A stretch of DNA of 64,000 bases, taken from NCBI GenBank assembly GCA_010093705.1, contig MU006118.1:121906-185905 (forward strand). Reading direction: 5' to 3'. Of the stretch, positions 37,497 through 50,728 are shown one piece after another. The notes beneath the pieces were generated by a model. The model saw only the letters and a program-made list of their open reading frames with translations, was not told the origin of the DNA and did not search any database. Position 1 is the first letter of the stretch; every line of letters starts with the position of its first letter. The DNA comes from Patellaria atrata CBS 101060. Lineage: Eukaryota. Position numbers and translations under genes: made by a program.

Positions 37497-38127
37497 ATGG
37501 CGTCTCTCCGTGAACTCTTCATCGCCATCTGCTTGCTTCCGTCCCTGAGTCTCGTCACCACTCTTCCTATTCCTGACTATATTCCCGAGCCTGACGATCC
37601 TGGTCCCCCTCCTCCCGGTACGTCTTGATATTCATTGCTTGATGTACTTCACACTAACCTTCGAAGGTACACCACCGGAGGTGCTGCCTGCCTACGAGGG
37701 GCCTATACCCGGAGGAAGGCCTTCGAATCCACCGCATTTCCGGGTATGGATTGCGGCGATCAACGGCGTCGAAGCCCAGTACGTCACCGCCTCCGAGGAC
37801 GAGCAATGTCTAGACGACTCGCACTTCAGCTCGGGTGCAAGCTCGGCCACCTCATGCGACGATAGCAACGGCAATGTGGGCATGCCTGCTGGAACAATCA
37901 TCAATGGAAAAAAGGTCCCTATTCCTGGAATCCCGTGGAATGCCCCAGCCAAGTCTCTCAAAGGACGGCGTTGGGTTCGCGACGGCGGCTTCAAGCGCCA
38001 CGATTCTTTCGATCCCTCCGAAGGGCCGGAGCTCACCGAAGCTCAGAGGATAGAACTGAAGATGCTTGAGAGTCGCGGCTGGCACTTCGATGATGACACG
38101 GAGAGTGAAACGGAGATGGGTAGGTAA
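37497..38127 (+). CDS. small predicted secreted protein, Pro-rich, unrecognised (2 exons; intron 37618-37666)
   Basis: ACCATGG context, hydrophobic signal MASLRELFIAICLLPSLSLVTTLP, and a GTACGT..CTAAC..AG intron that preserves frame. Confidence 0.7.
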
Positions 38128-39559
38128 TATTGGAACATGGGAAAAGAAAGTCGGATATGGACATGTAATATCGGAGTATGGCAAAAGAAAAGTTGGGGAT
38201 TCATTAGGACGGAGTAAGGTTCTAGTGGAGAGGGAAACAGACAATGTATAAATGGATCACGAATTCAGCGCGAGAAGTTTGGAATGAAGGGCGCAATGGC
38301 CTCAGTGGAGGAATAGGGGTGGATTAAGGGGATCTGGTTTTGGTGAAAGTGAATGTCCAAGAGTGTTTGAATTCAGTGTACTGACCTTCTCTATCTTCTC
38401 CTCCAATTATGCATTCCCAATTGTTCTTAACTTCTGTTACTACCTAGGATGAAACGTGCACTTTCGTGCTGTATCCTCCTCGCTGTACGGGTCTGTGATG
38501 AAAAATGAGTACGCGCTATGCAACTGTAGCTGTTTGACTTACACGCTAGGGTGAGCATTCAATTATTCGGTTTTCGTATAAATGCTGTACCGTACCCGTC
38601 CAGGCCGGACTTGTACGGCGACTTCCACATCCTATCTGACCCTACCTCACGCTGTCCGTAATTATTGTCCAGTATCACCTGTACAACACTTTCAGTCCGA
38701 TTTTCGCACCGCCGGGAGCGTCCTGGTATATCAGATTTGTACCGGTCCTATGACAACCTAATAAGTGTATATGGGCGATTCCACTCCCGCTTGACTGTGA
38801 TGTCTACAGTCGAGCATTTCCCCTGATTGACATTGTGTCTATGATATGCGCATCCCTTTCCTCACTTGTTGCTCGAGTCAACCAGCTTGTCAACCTATCG
38901 TTCCTTTTCGAACGGCGTCTAGTTTATTCTGTTTCATCTCGAGCTCTCTTTGCCGTTCATCCGTAACTATCTGGTATCAGCAGATAAATCGAAGTTTTCG
39001 TTGAGTCCATCCTCCCTATTTGAGTTTATACTCGATAACCTTGGACTTCTTTACTTCAGGGGTCGCAACGACGTTGCAACTCCTGAATACCGCCTCTATG
39101 GCTGTAGCTGTCTGATGAACTTACCAGCCACGATATAAATTCCAATCTACTAACTATATGAGTAATTTGCTTATCCTCCTAAATTCATACTGCGATACTA
39201 TCCCTACCTTCAATGCGTCGTACACTCTCCAGTATACATATAAACAACTGGCAATTAATTGCGTACTGACAACTAATCCTCTCATGCTTCCTCGACCAGC
39301 AAGCCGTATGATAAAATGATTTAACTGTACTAGGTCTTCAAGTAGGACATACTGCCATTCGTAATATCTAAGATATAGCGTAGCCAATCGTTGAGAATTA
39401 TCACGCAAATGCCTTATACTACAGTGTCAGTACAATCCATCATACTCACCGTAGCTCGTACAAGCAAACACGACAGAGACTCCGTCCCAAATGCAAACAG
39501 GGGTATCACATATCGTAAAGCCTTTCTAAACCGCCCTCGAGCAATAAAACTCCTTTAAG

Positions 39560-42500
39560 TCACTGCTCAAGCTGTTCCAATTCCCTCCTACACCCCGCAC
39601 AATAAGTGTTGTACCACTCTTCCACCTTTTCTAGACTTTCACCCCCCGCTCGTATCTCCCCCTGGCTATCCCATCCCAGCGCTCGTCCCATCTGTCTACA
39701 CCTCACGTTCTCAGCCACAAGCCAATTCTCCCACTCTGCCTGCAGCGTCTCCTTTTCGATAGCGTTGACCATACGCATTGCAACTAAGAGGTTGTGTCGG
39801 TAGGCGGCTAGATGCTCGCGTGTGCGTTGTAAACGTTTTGCTGTGTATTTGGCCCCTATATCTGCGAAGGGGAAGTGGGTGATATTGGTAAGGCCAGGGG
39901 AAGTGTAGACATATAGTTCGCGAAAGCTGGTCCGACATTGTGTTTGATCGAGAGATTCTAGGTCGGAAGAGGCCGTTGCGTTGGTCAGTATTTCGTCGAT
40001 GTCATGTATATAGATGGCTTTGCTCATGATGGTATTTGGCTTGACGCCCATGCGAGACATGAAGTTGGCTGCGTTGCGCTCGTGCCACCAATCTAAACTG
40101 TCTCGGGTTGAGGTAAACAAATTAAAACTGGTGCTGAAAATGAGTAACCCGACCAGTATCGAATGCGCCGTGGTGACTTTCGATACGCTGGTAACGACCG
40201 TTACGATTAGAGAGACTATTGAAGAGATGCCGCTGCCGGCAATGGACAAAGACTCTGATATTAGGAGGGAAGCGAGGCTTCTGCTTTCCATTTTGAAGTG
40301 TTTGTTGCCTTTGGACGAAGGAATGTCTGAGGCAGCTACTTCTGCGACGTGGCCTTGGACGCCGACTTGACCGAAAATTTGAATAGCTTTACGGGTACGA
40401 CTATTGCTTCCCAGTCGAACGACTTGATCCGTAATCATTTCTGCGATATCTTTCCCTTGTAGCTGTAGATCATACGCCGCTTCTCGTTCGATAAGACCTG
40501 GTTTTGGGAAAAAAAAAAAAAGTCAATTTATAGTACACAAATATTTAGCTAGAAAACTTACCTTTGAGAATAGGTCCTTCCTTGATCCAGTCAACTCTGA
40601 CATAGATCGCGAGTTTACATCGAGATTTAGCGATATGAGTGATGACAATCTTGCTGACAAGACTGAAATCTGAGGCACTCGGGAGATACCAAGGATATTT
40701 CCTATCCGTGACCACGTAGCACAAATGATCGTTATAGACATCGATCATTTGGTAATCAACGACGTCTTGCCCGAGGTAATTCTGATATTGGAATTCTCTC
40801 CTGTGATGGCCCTTTTCGGGTTGTACCCACGGTCCTTGGACAAATCGTTGAGCGCCCTGTTCGCAATACAAGGTATGGAATACTGCGCTCTTGTCTCCAA
40901 AAAGAATGTGAAAAAGAGCTTTCGCGCTGACATCAAGATCCTTATCTACAACTACTGAAGTCATTCCTTCGGGAGCGTATACAACCGGATGAGCCGGAAG
41001 TCTGAACTTCGTGGCATTTCTGCTAACAATGTGCGCAGGTGTATCAAATAAGTTCCCGTCTATCCGAAGACTAGCTTTGAGGTCTTGACCTCCCCTTCGT
41101 TCGTTCCCATCAATGGGAGTATTGACAGAGACATCTTCCCAGCTTTCCATACTTGGACTATCTGCGTTTTCATCTGCTTCCATCTTGATCAAGGCCTTCA
41201 AGATGTCCTCGATGCTACGAGGAGTCGACGAACGAGAATTGCGCACAAGATAATTGAGACGACGCTGCAGTAACTTGAGCGGTTCAAGAAAAGTCTTGAT
41301 GGTGACACGTGTCGAAACATTCTTCTTGTGTTCTTCGTCAAAGTGAAGAAACAGAAAGTCGCAGTCTTTGCCCGGAGCTGCTGTGACTTCTTCGATATCT
41401 GATAACCGAATGCCTGTAATCAAGACAAGGCCAAGGTGGTTGCTGTAGAAGAAGATCTTGCTGGCAGTAACATAGACTCTACCGGGAAATTCCTGCTGGT
41501 CGTTCGGATTCCATGTGGCCCTAAAAACAAGGAGAAGCTTTTCCTCTCGTGTAACTTCGGGGAACAGCATTCTGAATTGCGCGTCTTGTGCTCTCAGGGG
41601 CAGTGGGTAGTAATTCGGAAAATCATCGGTGACTATAGTGGGTCGTTGAGCTTTAGAGGGATGTGTTCCCAAGCTCATGGTCTTACGATGTGTGGGTGTA
41701 GCAGTATTCTTGACCTGTTTTTCAGGGGGGCCAACGTCACCTTCCACCGGTACGTCGCCCGTACTCTCAATCGGAAGAGAAGCAGGGCTAGGAGGTTGAG
41801 AGATACTCCGTTCATGGATAAATCGAAGTTCACCGCGCTCAATACGGTTGACAGAACCCCAATGTGTCGAACCCCAGAGATTCGCCATAATACCGCTGGG
41901 AACTCCTCCGTTGCCCTGACCAAGCCCAACCCCACGTTCACCGCTCACAACAACAGCAGTTTTGCTTAAATTTGTGGCAGCGGGTGGATTTGCTAGAGTG
42001 GACGGAGCCAGAGTGCTTGTGGGCAAATTCATTGCTGGAGCAAGCTTATCATTGTCTATATTAATTGTAGGCGGAGGAACTGCTGGGCCAACAGGAAGGA
42101 TGTTGTGACTAGCAGAAATGAGACTGGCAATGCCGCCCCCTGAGTTCGACGGAGTACTGGCATGGGCGGTCAGTTGTGGGCCTGCCGTTGACTTCCTGTG
42201 AAGGTCAAGCTTCTGAATAATTCTTGCTGCGTGCTCTCGGGTACTCTCTCCTTCTCTCTCAATCGTAGCACGGCGGTTGGTAACATCAAAGCTAGTTCGA
42301 GCAGCAAGACTTCCCAGCCCTTCACGATCCGTCACAGAAAGTGTTCCTGCTCTTTCAATGGCGTGAACTTCGTCACTACCATGAGGGGCATGACCATCAG
42401 CTGTTCTCGCAGCAAATTCGGGAGCGACGGGTTGAGTAATTGCGAAAGCAGGATCCACTGAAGTTCCCGTTAAAGTAGCATCTGTACTGCCAGGATCTTC

Positions 42501-43798
42501 CAGAGCTTTACGTTTGGCTACTTCAAACGCCGAGATCCATTCCATCAGCTCTGACTGGATTTCGGCTTGAAGAAGTATGGTGGTATCTTTTGTCTTTACT
42601 TCGAAACAGAACCTCCGTTCCTCCTGGAATGCGGGTCGAATGCTGCAAAGAAGCACACCAATCTTTTCCGATTCTTCAACAGCTCCAGACCTTAGACCAT
42701 GAACTAACCATCCAAATATACCATTCTTGACGAAAAACCATCTCCTTACCCACACAGTCCTTGCGGGTTTGCCTGTGATTGTTCTCTGGAACAACCAACC
42801 TTGCTTCTCCGACTTTTCAGTTTGCGTCTTCGCTGGAGTATTCAGATTCGGAGTCGATTGGGCACCGGAGCCAATATATGGAACTGTGGATGCAGCATAG
42901 TCGTCTAATTCTCTGGATGGGCGGACAATTGATTCTGCACTTTCCTCAATTTGCTTTCTTGCTAAATGTAGTTCCCGCTTGAATGTGCGTTCCCCTTCTT
43001 CCATCTCCTTACACCATCCTCGGACACGCTCCATCTCGGTGGAAGCTTTAGAGAAAGATGCAGACGTAGATTCCCGCGCACTCTTGAGGTCCTTCCATTG
43101 ATCCGCAAAGATTTTCACTAGCAGTTTATCAAGAGTCGCCCTGACCTGAGGTGCCATAACTGTGAAGTCCATGGAAGCTTTGAGATAAGACTTTCTCGCC
43201 TCGTGAAGCTGGAAAGCGTCTTCACGTAATGAAGAAGCTTCTTTAGTCTTTGGTTGACCAGAGAAACGGGCTACAACGCCGTCATAGTATTTCTGTGACT
43301 GCTCAAGTGTCTTTCGCGTCTCTCTTAATGCTCTGAGATCATTCATGAGGAACGCTTTTATAGGATCTACGACGGAGGTCTCCACACGGCGCATACCACG
43401 AAAAGTATAAGACCAAAATTCTCTTGCTCCTTCCCCAAAGCGCTTTGTTGCCAGTAGAGTGTAGTCATGGTCTAATACAGCCTCAGAAATTTGCTGTGGT
43501 GGTGTCGATTGGGAGAGGAAGCTGTTCACGAGGGTTTCAAGACCATTAACCTCCGTAGCAAGTTTACTTGCAGCTTTGATATAGTTCTCTAGCCATTTTT
43601 CGATTATATCCACTTGTTCGCTGAAATGAATAGCTGTTGCGCGGAAAGTTGGGCTGTCTAGGGCGGCTTCTTTCAATCCAACAGGGCTACATCCTCATTA
43701 GAGGGAATACTCAAGATATAGGATCTGATGTCTTACATCAAGCTCAGAGGCCTGTCAACAGGTGTGAGGGAGGGTTGCTGAGATTTCGGGTCATCCAT
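39560..43798 (-). CDS. SIP3: Sip3/Ysp1/Lam BAR-PH-GRAM-VASt sterol transfer protein
   Basis: PVGLKEAALDSPTFRA (BAR), KQGWLF..WVRRWFFVKNGIFGWL (PH), QEFPGRVYVT (GRAM), SAKALFHILFGDKS (VASt) and a C-terminal TM segment. Confidence 0.92.
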
Positions 43799-44320
43799 TC
43801 TCGCAATTCTAACTGCTCTATATAAATGATGCAATAATTTCGAACCAAACCTGGGGGAAGAATATAAAGATTACGGCAGAAACCGAGACCGCTCCAGCAG
43901 ATAACGAAGAAGAACCCGGTGAGCTAGCATAAAAAGGACGTTGTAGAAAGCACCGGTACGAAGTTTTGGTAACAGAACCTAAATGATGTTGAGTGAGGTT
44001 ATACTGTACGTAGCTCCGGTATGATATGGGCTCCTTGGGTGCCGCTGACGGAGCGTCAGGGGAAAGGGGGGGGCAGTTCGTACAGTTCAGGGTCCATAGC
44101 TAACTTTAGTCTCCTTACCTTATCGTCCGAGCTTTGGTTCTTTATGGTCCCGGACGTTCGAGTCGCGACCTTGAGGGCACAACATCAAAACAATCAAAAA
44201 GCTCTAAATATTCTTATACAGCTCTTCCACTCGGACCCCTAGCAGGACGAATATTAATCCACTAGATCTACCTTCCATTCACGTTTGAAAGTCCCTACAA
44301 CCCAATTCCTCTCCCAAACC

Positions 44321-44333
44321 CGCGTCAACGCGT
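44321..44333. promoter_or_regulatory. tandem MCB elements CGCGTCAACGCGT
   Basis: Perfect ACGCGT plus a CGCGT immediately 5' of the Whi5/Nrm1-like gene. Confidence 0.5.
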
Positions 44334-44342
44334 CACCTCACA

Positions 44343-45563
44343 ATGTCAACACCAACTTCTCAAAGATACATCACAGAAGACTTTTTAACTTCCAAACCCA
44401 CCATGGAAAGTCCTACAAAGTTTCAGGGGAGACGTATTCTCGGAGAACTTACTCCTAACGCACGAATCGTGTCTCCAAAACCCTACAAAGCGTCTGATGG
44501 GAAGATCACATCAACTCGCTGTTTGAGCCCATTGAAGCAGGTCCATAGCATATCTAGCTTCTCACCTACGAGACCTGGAAGTCCACAGCGAGGGCTAGAG
44601 GAATCAGCCTCGTTCCCGGGGAGAAAGAGGTCGTTTGCTGAGATGGGTGGACGCGGATCGAGGGAAGAGACCCCCAGAGCAAGTCCGTTCAAGCAGACCT
44701 TTAATGCTGCTATAATGGATGAGACCATATCTCCTGCTCCAGTGGATTTTCATGTATGGCTCGCTCTTGAGCTTCCCTTGATGCTTATCGCTTACTCGAT
44801 CTTAGGCTGAAATTAAGGACCAAGATGATGTACCGGATGATGTATCCTCCACCGAAGAAGATGAATTAGAACCTGAGGACGAAGAACAACAACAACATGA
44901 TTCTCAACAGACCAACATCTCATTTGCCTCTCTTATAGACTACGACGCGGCTAATTCCTCACAACACACCCAGGACGCGTCGATAACGCCAGCCTCGAGC
45001 ATCAGCAAGAGTGGCATTCTCAAATCGGTCAGTAAAGTTACAAAGTACAAGGTGAAATGCAACTAACCATTCCTTTTCTTTAGCAAGCCGAAACTCTCCG
45101 CCTCCGTTTACGCGTCGCTATGTATAAAGTCAAAACGCAGCAGACAACCACTCCAATAGATGAGCTCAAAATAAGCCCTGCGTTACTTGAGATTTACCAA
45201 CCGTCACCCACTCTACGCTCCGAGCCTTCTCAGGAAGAGTCAAACTCTTTAGGCGATGATCAGTCATCCTCTCCATCTAAATCTAAAAGCACCTCAACCT
45301 CTTCGTATCCTAAGCTTCTCCCAGCGCCTATCCTCTTACCAACTGCATACTCCTCCAGATTTATCACAGGAACTTACCTTCCTTCCTCGCCGCCAATACC
45401 TGTGACACCGGCAACACGGCGATCCACTGATGGGGAAACACTAGAAACACCTACGGTCAACAACGGTTTGAAGCTAAGTGCGGATGTGGAGAAGGATTTA
45501 ACGAGCAGTGTAGTAAAGGGGCAGGCTGCGAACGGTTTGCTGGAATTGATGCATGCGGCGTAA
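44343..45563 (+). CDS. Whi5/Nrm1-like G1/S transcriptional co-repressor (3 exons)
   Basis: D-box-like RILGELTPN, many S/T-P CDK sites, GTB motif LRLRLRVAMYKVKTQQ and C-terminal LTSSVVKGQAANGLLEL. Confidence 0.82.
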
Positions 45564-46142
45564 TGTAACACAACGGGATTAACTTTTATCATCTACGCGG
45601 TTGGGTTCTGAATGAAAAGGATAGTTCGATTCTTGTATATATTTGTTAGGATGTTTGTTGTGTAGATAGGGTGATATCCTCAGTTAATGTTTCCCTCCAA
45701 CCTAAGCGTGTGTACTATTCGTTGAGCGGGCGTTTGATTTGAAAAAGTATTTGTATCTCTTATTACTAAGGTAAGTAAAGCATACCTAAGGTAAGGTGAG
45801 ATGGTGCTTCCTGATGCTCTAATAATGTACCTTCGTCATAAAGCTGATCACGTTACTTAAGGTGACCTCTTCTCAGCCTTATGTGTTTGTTCGACTCCCC
45901 TTCCGCTTTAGGTTTCTTATAAGGAAGTAAGCAATTCACCCTAAACATTTTCGGGCAGCTGCAACAGGAGTGAAACTCTTGACCACCTCAGTGATTTCGT
46001 CGACTCTTACATTCCATTCCCGTCGTCCTACGAAGTTGCTTGAACGTTACCTTAGCTCGTATCGTAGTACTTACGTCTCGAAGGACAATAAACGCCAAAA
46101 TTGCTGCTCCTAATAAGGAACCTCCGGTAGATAACGGTAACG

Positions 46143-46879
46143 ATGTCACAAAAGACAATGAATAGCGCAAATTCTCGGAGTAAGTTCCCACTTCTATTTA
46201 CCACTACCATACAATCATATCTGAACGGACCAAGCTACCTCAAATCCCGTATCATCTCCGTCGTGGTCTGCTCCAGTCAACCAGCAACCTTTCATCTCCG
46301 TTCTTCCCTTATGGTTCAGGAATCTGACCGTTTCCGCAACGCTCTCAACGGTAACTTCAATGAATCCGAGACGGAAAAGATCGATCTCAGTGACGAAGAC
46401 CTCCAGCCGTTCGGCTACTTTGTGGATTACCTTTACCGTGAGACGTGGTTGCTTGATACCAACACCAAGCATCCATCTGAGAATCTGATACTCACGCGGC
46501 TCTACCTCTTAGGAGAGCGACTCCAGGCAAGCTCATTCCAGGCAGTCGCCCTACGCAAATTCGGGACAACGTTCAGGGGGAGCGTCGTTCTTGATGACCA
46601 GTCAATTTGCAATTTACTTGAGATTGCGTGCACTGAGCTTCCGCAACGTGTGCAGGAAAACCCACTTCACGCGCAAATATATTGTACGCGGTTTACAAGC
46701 TCACATCTTTGCAGAAGTTCCCAGCGTTTCGTCAACTGTTGAGGGAGTATCCTAAGATTGCGGCTGAAATTGCGGTACGCGCAGGTGCGACTCTAGAGGG
46801 TCAACCGAGCTTAAAGACAGTTTTTTCAGAGACGAAACAGTCCGACAGGTTTACTCCTGAGAGCTTGTATGAGACGTGA
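46143..46879 (+). pseudogene. BTB/POZ-domain protein with an apparent 1-bp deletion near 46684
   Basis: BTB motifs FHLRSSLMVQESDRFRNALNGNFNES, IDLSDEDLQPFGYFVDYLY and LYLLGERLQ. Sense continues in another frame (YAVYKLTSLQKFPAFRQLL) with no intron in between. Confidence 0.65.
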
Positions 46880-48237
46880 AGTTAGGTCGTCCTATATGGA
46901 TTGTTGTTTGATATTTGATACTGTTGAATATGGGAACATAGAGGTACAATTGTTCAGAATTCACCATTCATGTGTAATTTTTTTTTCGCATGGATTCAAC
47001 CATACTCATTGCGACCCTATTTCCTTTCCGTGGTACCATTATTTGCAATATTGAAGCATCAGCCTGTAGCCACAGTCACCTCCTATTGAGGTCTCTCTTA
47101 TGTCAACTCAGGGATAGAGAGTCCAAAATATTGGGAGAAATGAAAGCAAAAAACTCAACACGTTATCCGGAGAAGTAGGGGATAGGGAACCCATCTTTCG
47201 AGAATTTTACTTTACCGCCGAGTTCACGTAAACCTAAAAATTGGTTGACAGAATTTTCTAAAAGAAATCGCCCGTTATTTAAGCTATGCAAAAATTAGAG
47301 GTTCGAGAATTTGAGTTGGATGTAGGTATACTCCCTTGGACAGAACCCGTGAATCGTTCCCATCCCCTGACTCCCAGGAGGTTCCCTTCCTTTCCATAGC
47401 GACCATCCCCTTGAAATACTTTAAAGCTCTAGAATATCTTTCTGCATAGTAGAAGAGACACATTCTTGCAGTCTTGCTCCACCCTTAATAACCCTCTATT
47501 GCTCTTTTAGATCCCGAAATATCATAGACGGTAATCTGTTCATGAAGATAAATTCAGCTACAAAACGTGAATGTCTATCTCATGGTGAATCCTGGAAAAC
47601 GGAATTTTTGAGTACCGACCGTAATTATGTAAAATACACTCAAGGTGAGTACGCTGATACTTTTTCTTGAATAGATCCCCGTACAAATTATATACTTTTA
47701 CTTTCGTGCATCATCTTTGTCAAATGTGATAGCGGACGTAGAGTAGAAATAGCCATTGTACGTTGATTCCATCATAACGAAGTAGGCTATAGAGCGTATA
47801 AGGGGCCAACATTCATTTCGAAATAGTATGGATAAAAGAACATGAGGGTATTGACGAGTTGATTTAAGGTTCTCCAGTCGTTCTAACGTTGCACGTGATC
47901 GACCCCTTCCATATCTATTTAGGCGCACAAGTTTCCATCTCGTTTTGCACATATACCAGGGTTAGCTCCAATATGTTCATCGCTATATATTCAAGTGAAT
48001 GACCGAAGTGGAAAGATGGCTATACTGAACGTGCAGTTACAATTCACGCATTTTGAGCTATCCCGTGTTGGAGGGTGACGTCAAAAAGAGGAGCTCGAAG
48101 CGAGCTCCTTAGATACAAGTAGGAACAGCTCGTACGCTACGATTTCAATCCCTCCGCCATCTCAATAGAAAAGTAATTCAAGCCATCCAAAGCTCTCACT
48201 CAAAGTAAAATAACTCCATCTAGGACCAGACATCAAT

Positions 48238-49039
48238 ATGGCCGATAATCCACCTGTCCGAATTGGTGTTCGTCTTGCCCAGACGGTTGGCATCACCACT
48301 ACAGCTTTCTTAGCTGGTACGTACACACTAGCCGATTCATCAATAATGCTTCAGACGAGTATAATGCTGACAACTGTGGATGAGTTAGGTCAGCTTGCTG
48401 GTATCAGTTTCTTGACCATCCCGGCTATCATGGAAGCCCCGTCACCATTGGCCGTGAAGCAATATCAGAAAGTCCGTAACAACTCACTCCCTTATACGCC
48501 ACTTTTGGTGGTCGTCTCTTCGGCACTGTTTGGATATTTGGGGTATCACAAATGTAAGCTTCCGGCCTGGTTGGGTTGGACCTGTTTGCATCCCAGGTCG
48601 ATTGGGGAAGATCGAGAGCTAGGGATAATATCGGAAGTATCATGTCTGACTTATCTCTGCAGACCACCGACACTCCACCGATGAACCCGGCCTCGTTACA
48701 TCTGGAAGGCTGTTCATCACCGCGGCCGTCTTCGTCTTCTCTATTATCCCATATAGCATCCTCACAGTTGAGCCCGTTGACCACAAGCTTGAGAATAAGG
48801 CTGAAACCCTATCCACGGCCTCTCTGACTGACAACTCGACTGAAGCTGGAATCCATTACCAAGATACGGTGAAGGGACTTCTTGACAGATTTGCTACCAT
48901 GAACTTGGGTAGGGCAGCGATTGCTTTTGCCGCTGCCGCGATGGGAACGTGGGGCGCCATTGCCCACCATCACTCTGCGCATTTAACAAGCGTTGGAAGT
49001 CTTCACTTTGCAACTGGAGCTAACAGGATGGGTCACTAA
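48238..49039 (+). CDS. DUF1772/anthrone oxygenase-like membrane protein (3 exons)
   Basis: AQTVGITTTAFLAG|..SFLTIPAIMEAPSPLAVKQY, IIPYSILTVEPVDHKL and LLDRFATMNLGRA. Confidence 0.85.
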
Positions 49040-49060
49040 GTGAGAAATTGGTCTCGGAGG

Positions 49061-49087
49061 CAATGAGCAATGAGCAATGAGCAATGA
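49061..49087. repeat. (CAATGAG)x4 tandem repeat in the 3' region of the DUF1772 gene
   Basis: Directly visible. Confidence 0.85.
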
Positions 49088-50728
49088 TTGTTGAAGGTGA
49101 GAGTGAATGAATGGCGTTTGAGAAGTACGAATGTTTTTACTCCCCTTACTAGCTCTATCAAATATGACTTGTACTGTACTGCAGCTTTTCCAGGGGAAAC
49201 AATACTCCGACATCCAAACTTGTTACACGTTCGTGGGAGAGTACTGTACCTTAATACCTTACCCCTTCCCTTACCCGTACCTTACAGAAGCAAATGAACA
49301 AGTGTGAAGTAAGGTAGGCTGAGAGACGGTGCCCCGCACCATCTACTCTAAGGTTAACCGCGGCCATGAACAAACATTTCTTTTTTTTCTCATCTCTTAG
49401 AAATACCTTAAGCCTCACCACCGAAGTACAGGAGTACGGTACATTCCCATTAGCTGTACAGTTTACGGAAGGATATATCCAGCAGTTGACTGGCTTTCGG
49501 CTGTCTCCACCACCACACGATTGATACCAGTTACGGTGTGCATACTAGCGTACGAGTATCGGATCGGGTAGTTCTAAAGATTATTAGTTTAGATATATCC
49601 ATCCATACCTTACCTTACGGGATACTGGTAGGTAGGTATGGTTTATCTTAGACCCTTCTAGGCAAGCTATGCATGAGACAAAGACGACGGAATTACCACC
49701 ATCTAGGCGCAGATATCTCTGTTTTCTGACTGGCCCGGCTCTCCGTACCCAATCCATTATTCTTGCATACAGGAAGAAAAGAAAAGCCCGCGTGGTCTTT
49801 TGGAGACTCACCCGCATCCACGGTCAGGTTGTGCCGCTAGCACGGGTTGAAAGTTGCAGGTATGCAGTATTCAGCATTGTTTTGCTGTAGTAATGGTATT
49901 ATCATAACTTAGAGGGGTCTATGCAACTGGTCTTACACTGGCTTTTTTTTTGCCCTGCATATTGTATACTTGTCAGCGTCTGTCCCGGGTACATACAGCC
50001 CTTCAGGGGGAACGATATAGGGAGAAGAAGGCTGAATGCAGAACTTGAGGAGTCTCTTTAAAGGGCCGGAACTTCAACATGATCTGTCTCTCCCACGTTG
50101 TCTGTCCCATCGATTCCACGCGACCAAATTCTTGCGGAAAAAGTGTCTTACCATACTCTCAGTACTGTACGAGTAGGGGGATCATCGGATCGGTGAGTGG
50201 TGATCAACCTTTCGGTCTCGTGCCCGGGGGCTTTTGGCAATTGGCATCCACCACCAGAACTCCCTGATTGCGAGCTTGGCTCCGATAAGAGCCGACACCC
50301 ATCCCCCGCCAGCTCATACAAACAATACACAGCTACATCTGCTCGTACCGTCGTCTTAACATTCGCTTTCTTCCCTTTTGCACACATCAATTTCATTCAC
50401 TTCTTCATACTGGTTCATGTAGGAGGTAAGTTCAGACATATCCCCTGCTACATTCGGGTTCTAATCTAGTTCAACTGTGTGCTGATGACATTTCCCCACC
50501 TTAGCAATTCCGCGGCCAGCTAGAGGCCCCCGAGCTGTCTCCGCGATCCGTATACCACTCATAACACGGCTGAAGCTACATTGCTTTCTTCCTCTGTAGC
50601 TCATTGAGCTTTTCGAACACTCAGTTCTGCGTTCAATAGCTTCGCAAATCGATATCTATACTACACCCTGAGCAGACGTCCTGCATACCAACCGCGTCGG
50701 ACGCATTTACCCCTCCGTTGCAGGAAGC

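Noticed and set aside
45880..45910. GTTCGACTCCC resembling a tRNA T-loop
   Set aside because: No T-stem pairing or cloverleaf could be built.
48238..49039. Secondary-metabolite cluster around the anthrone-oxygenase-like gene
   Set aside because: No PKS, NRPS or tailoring genes are in the window.
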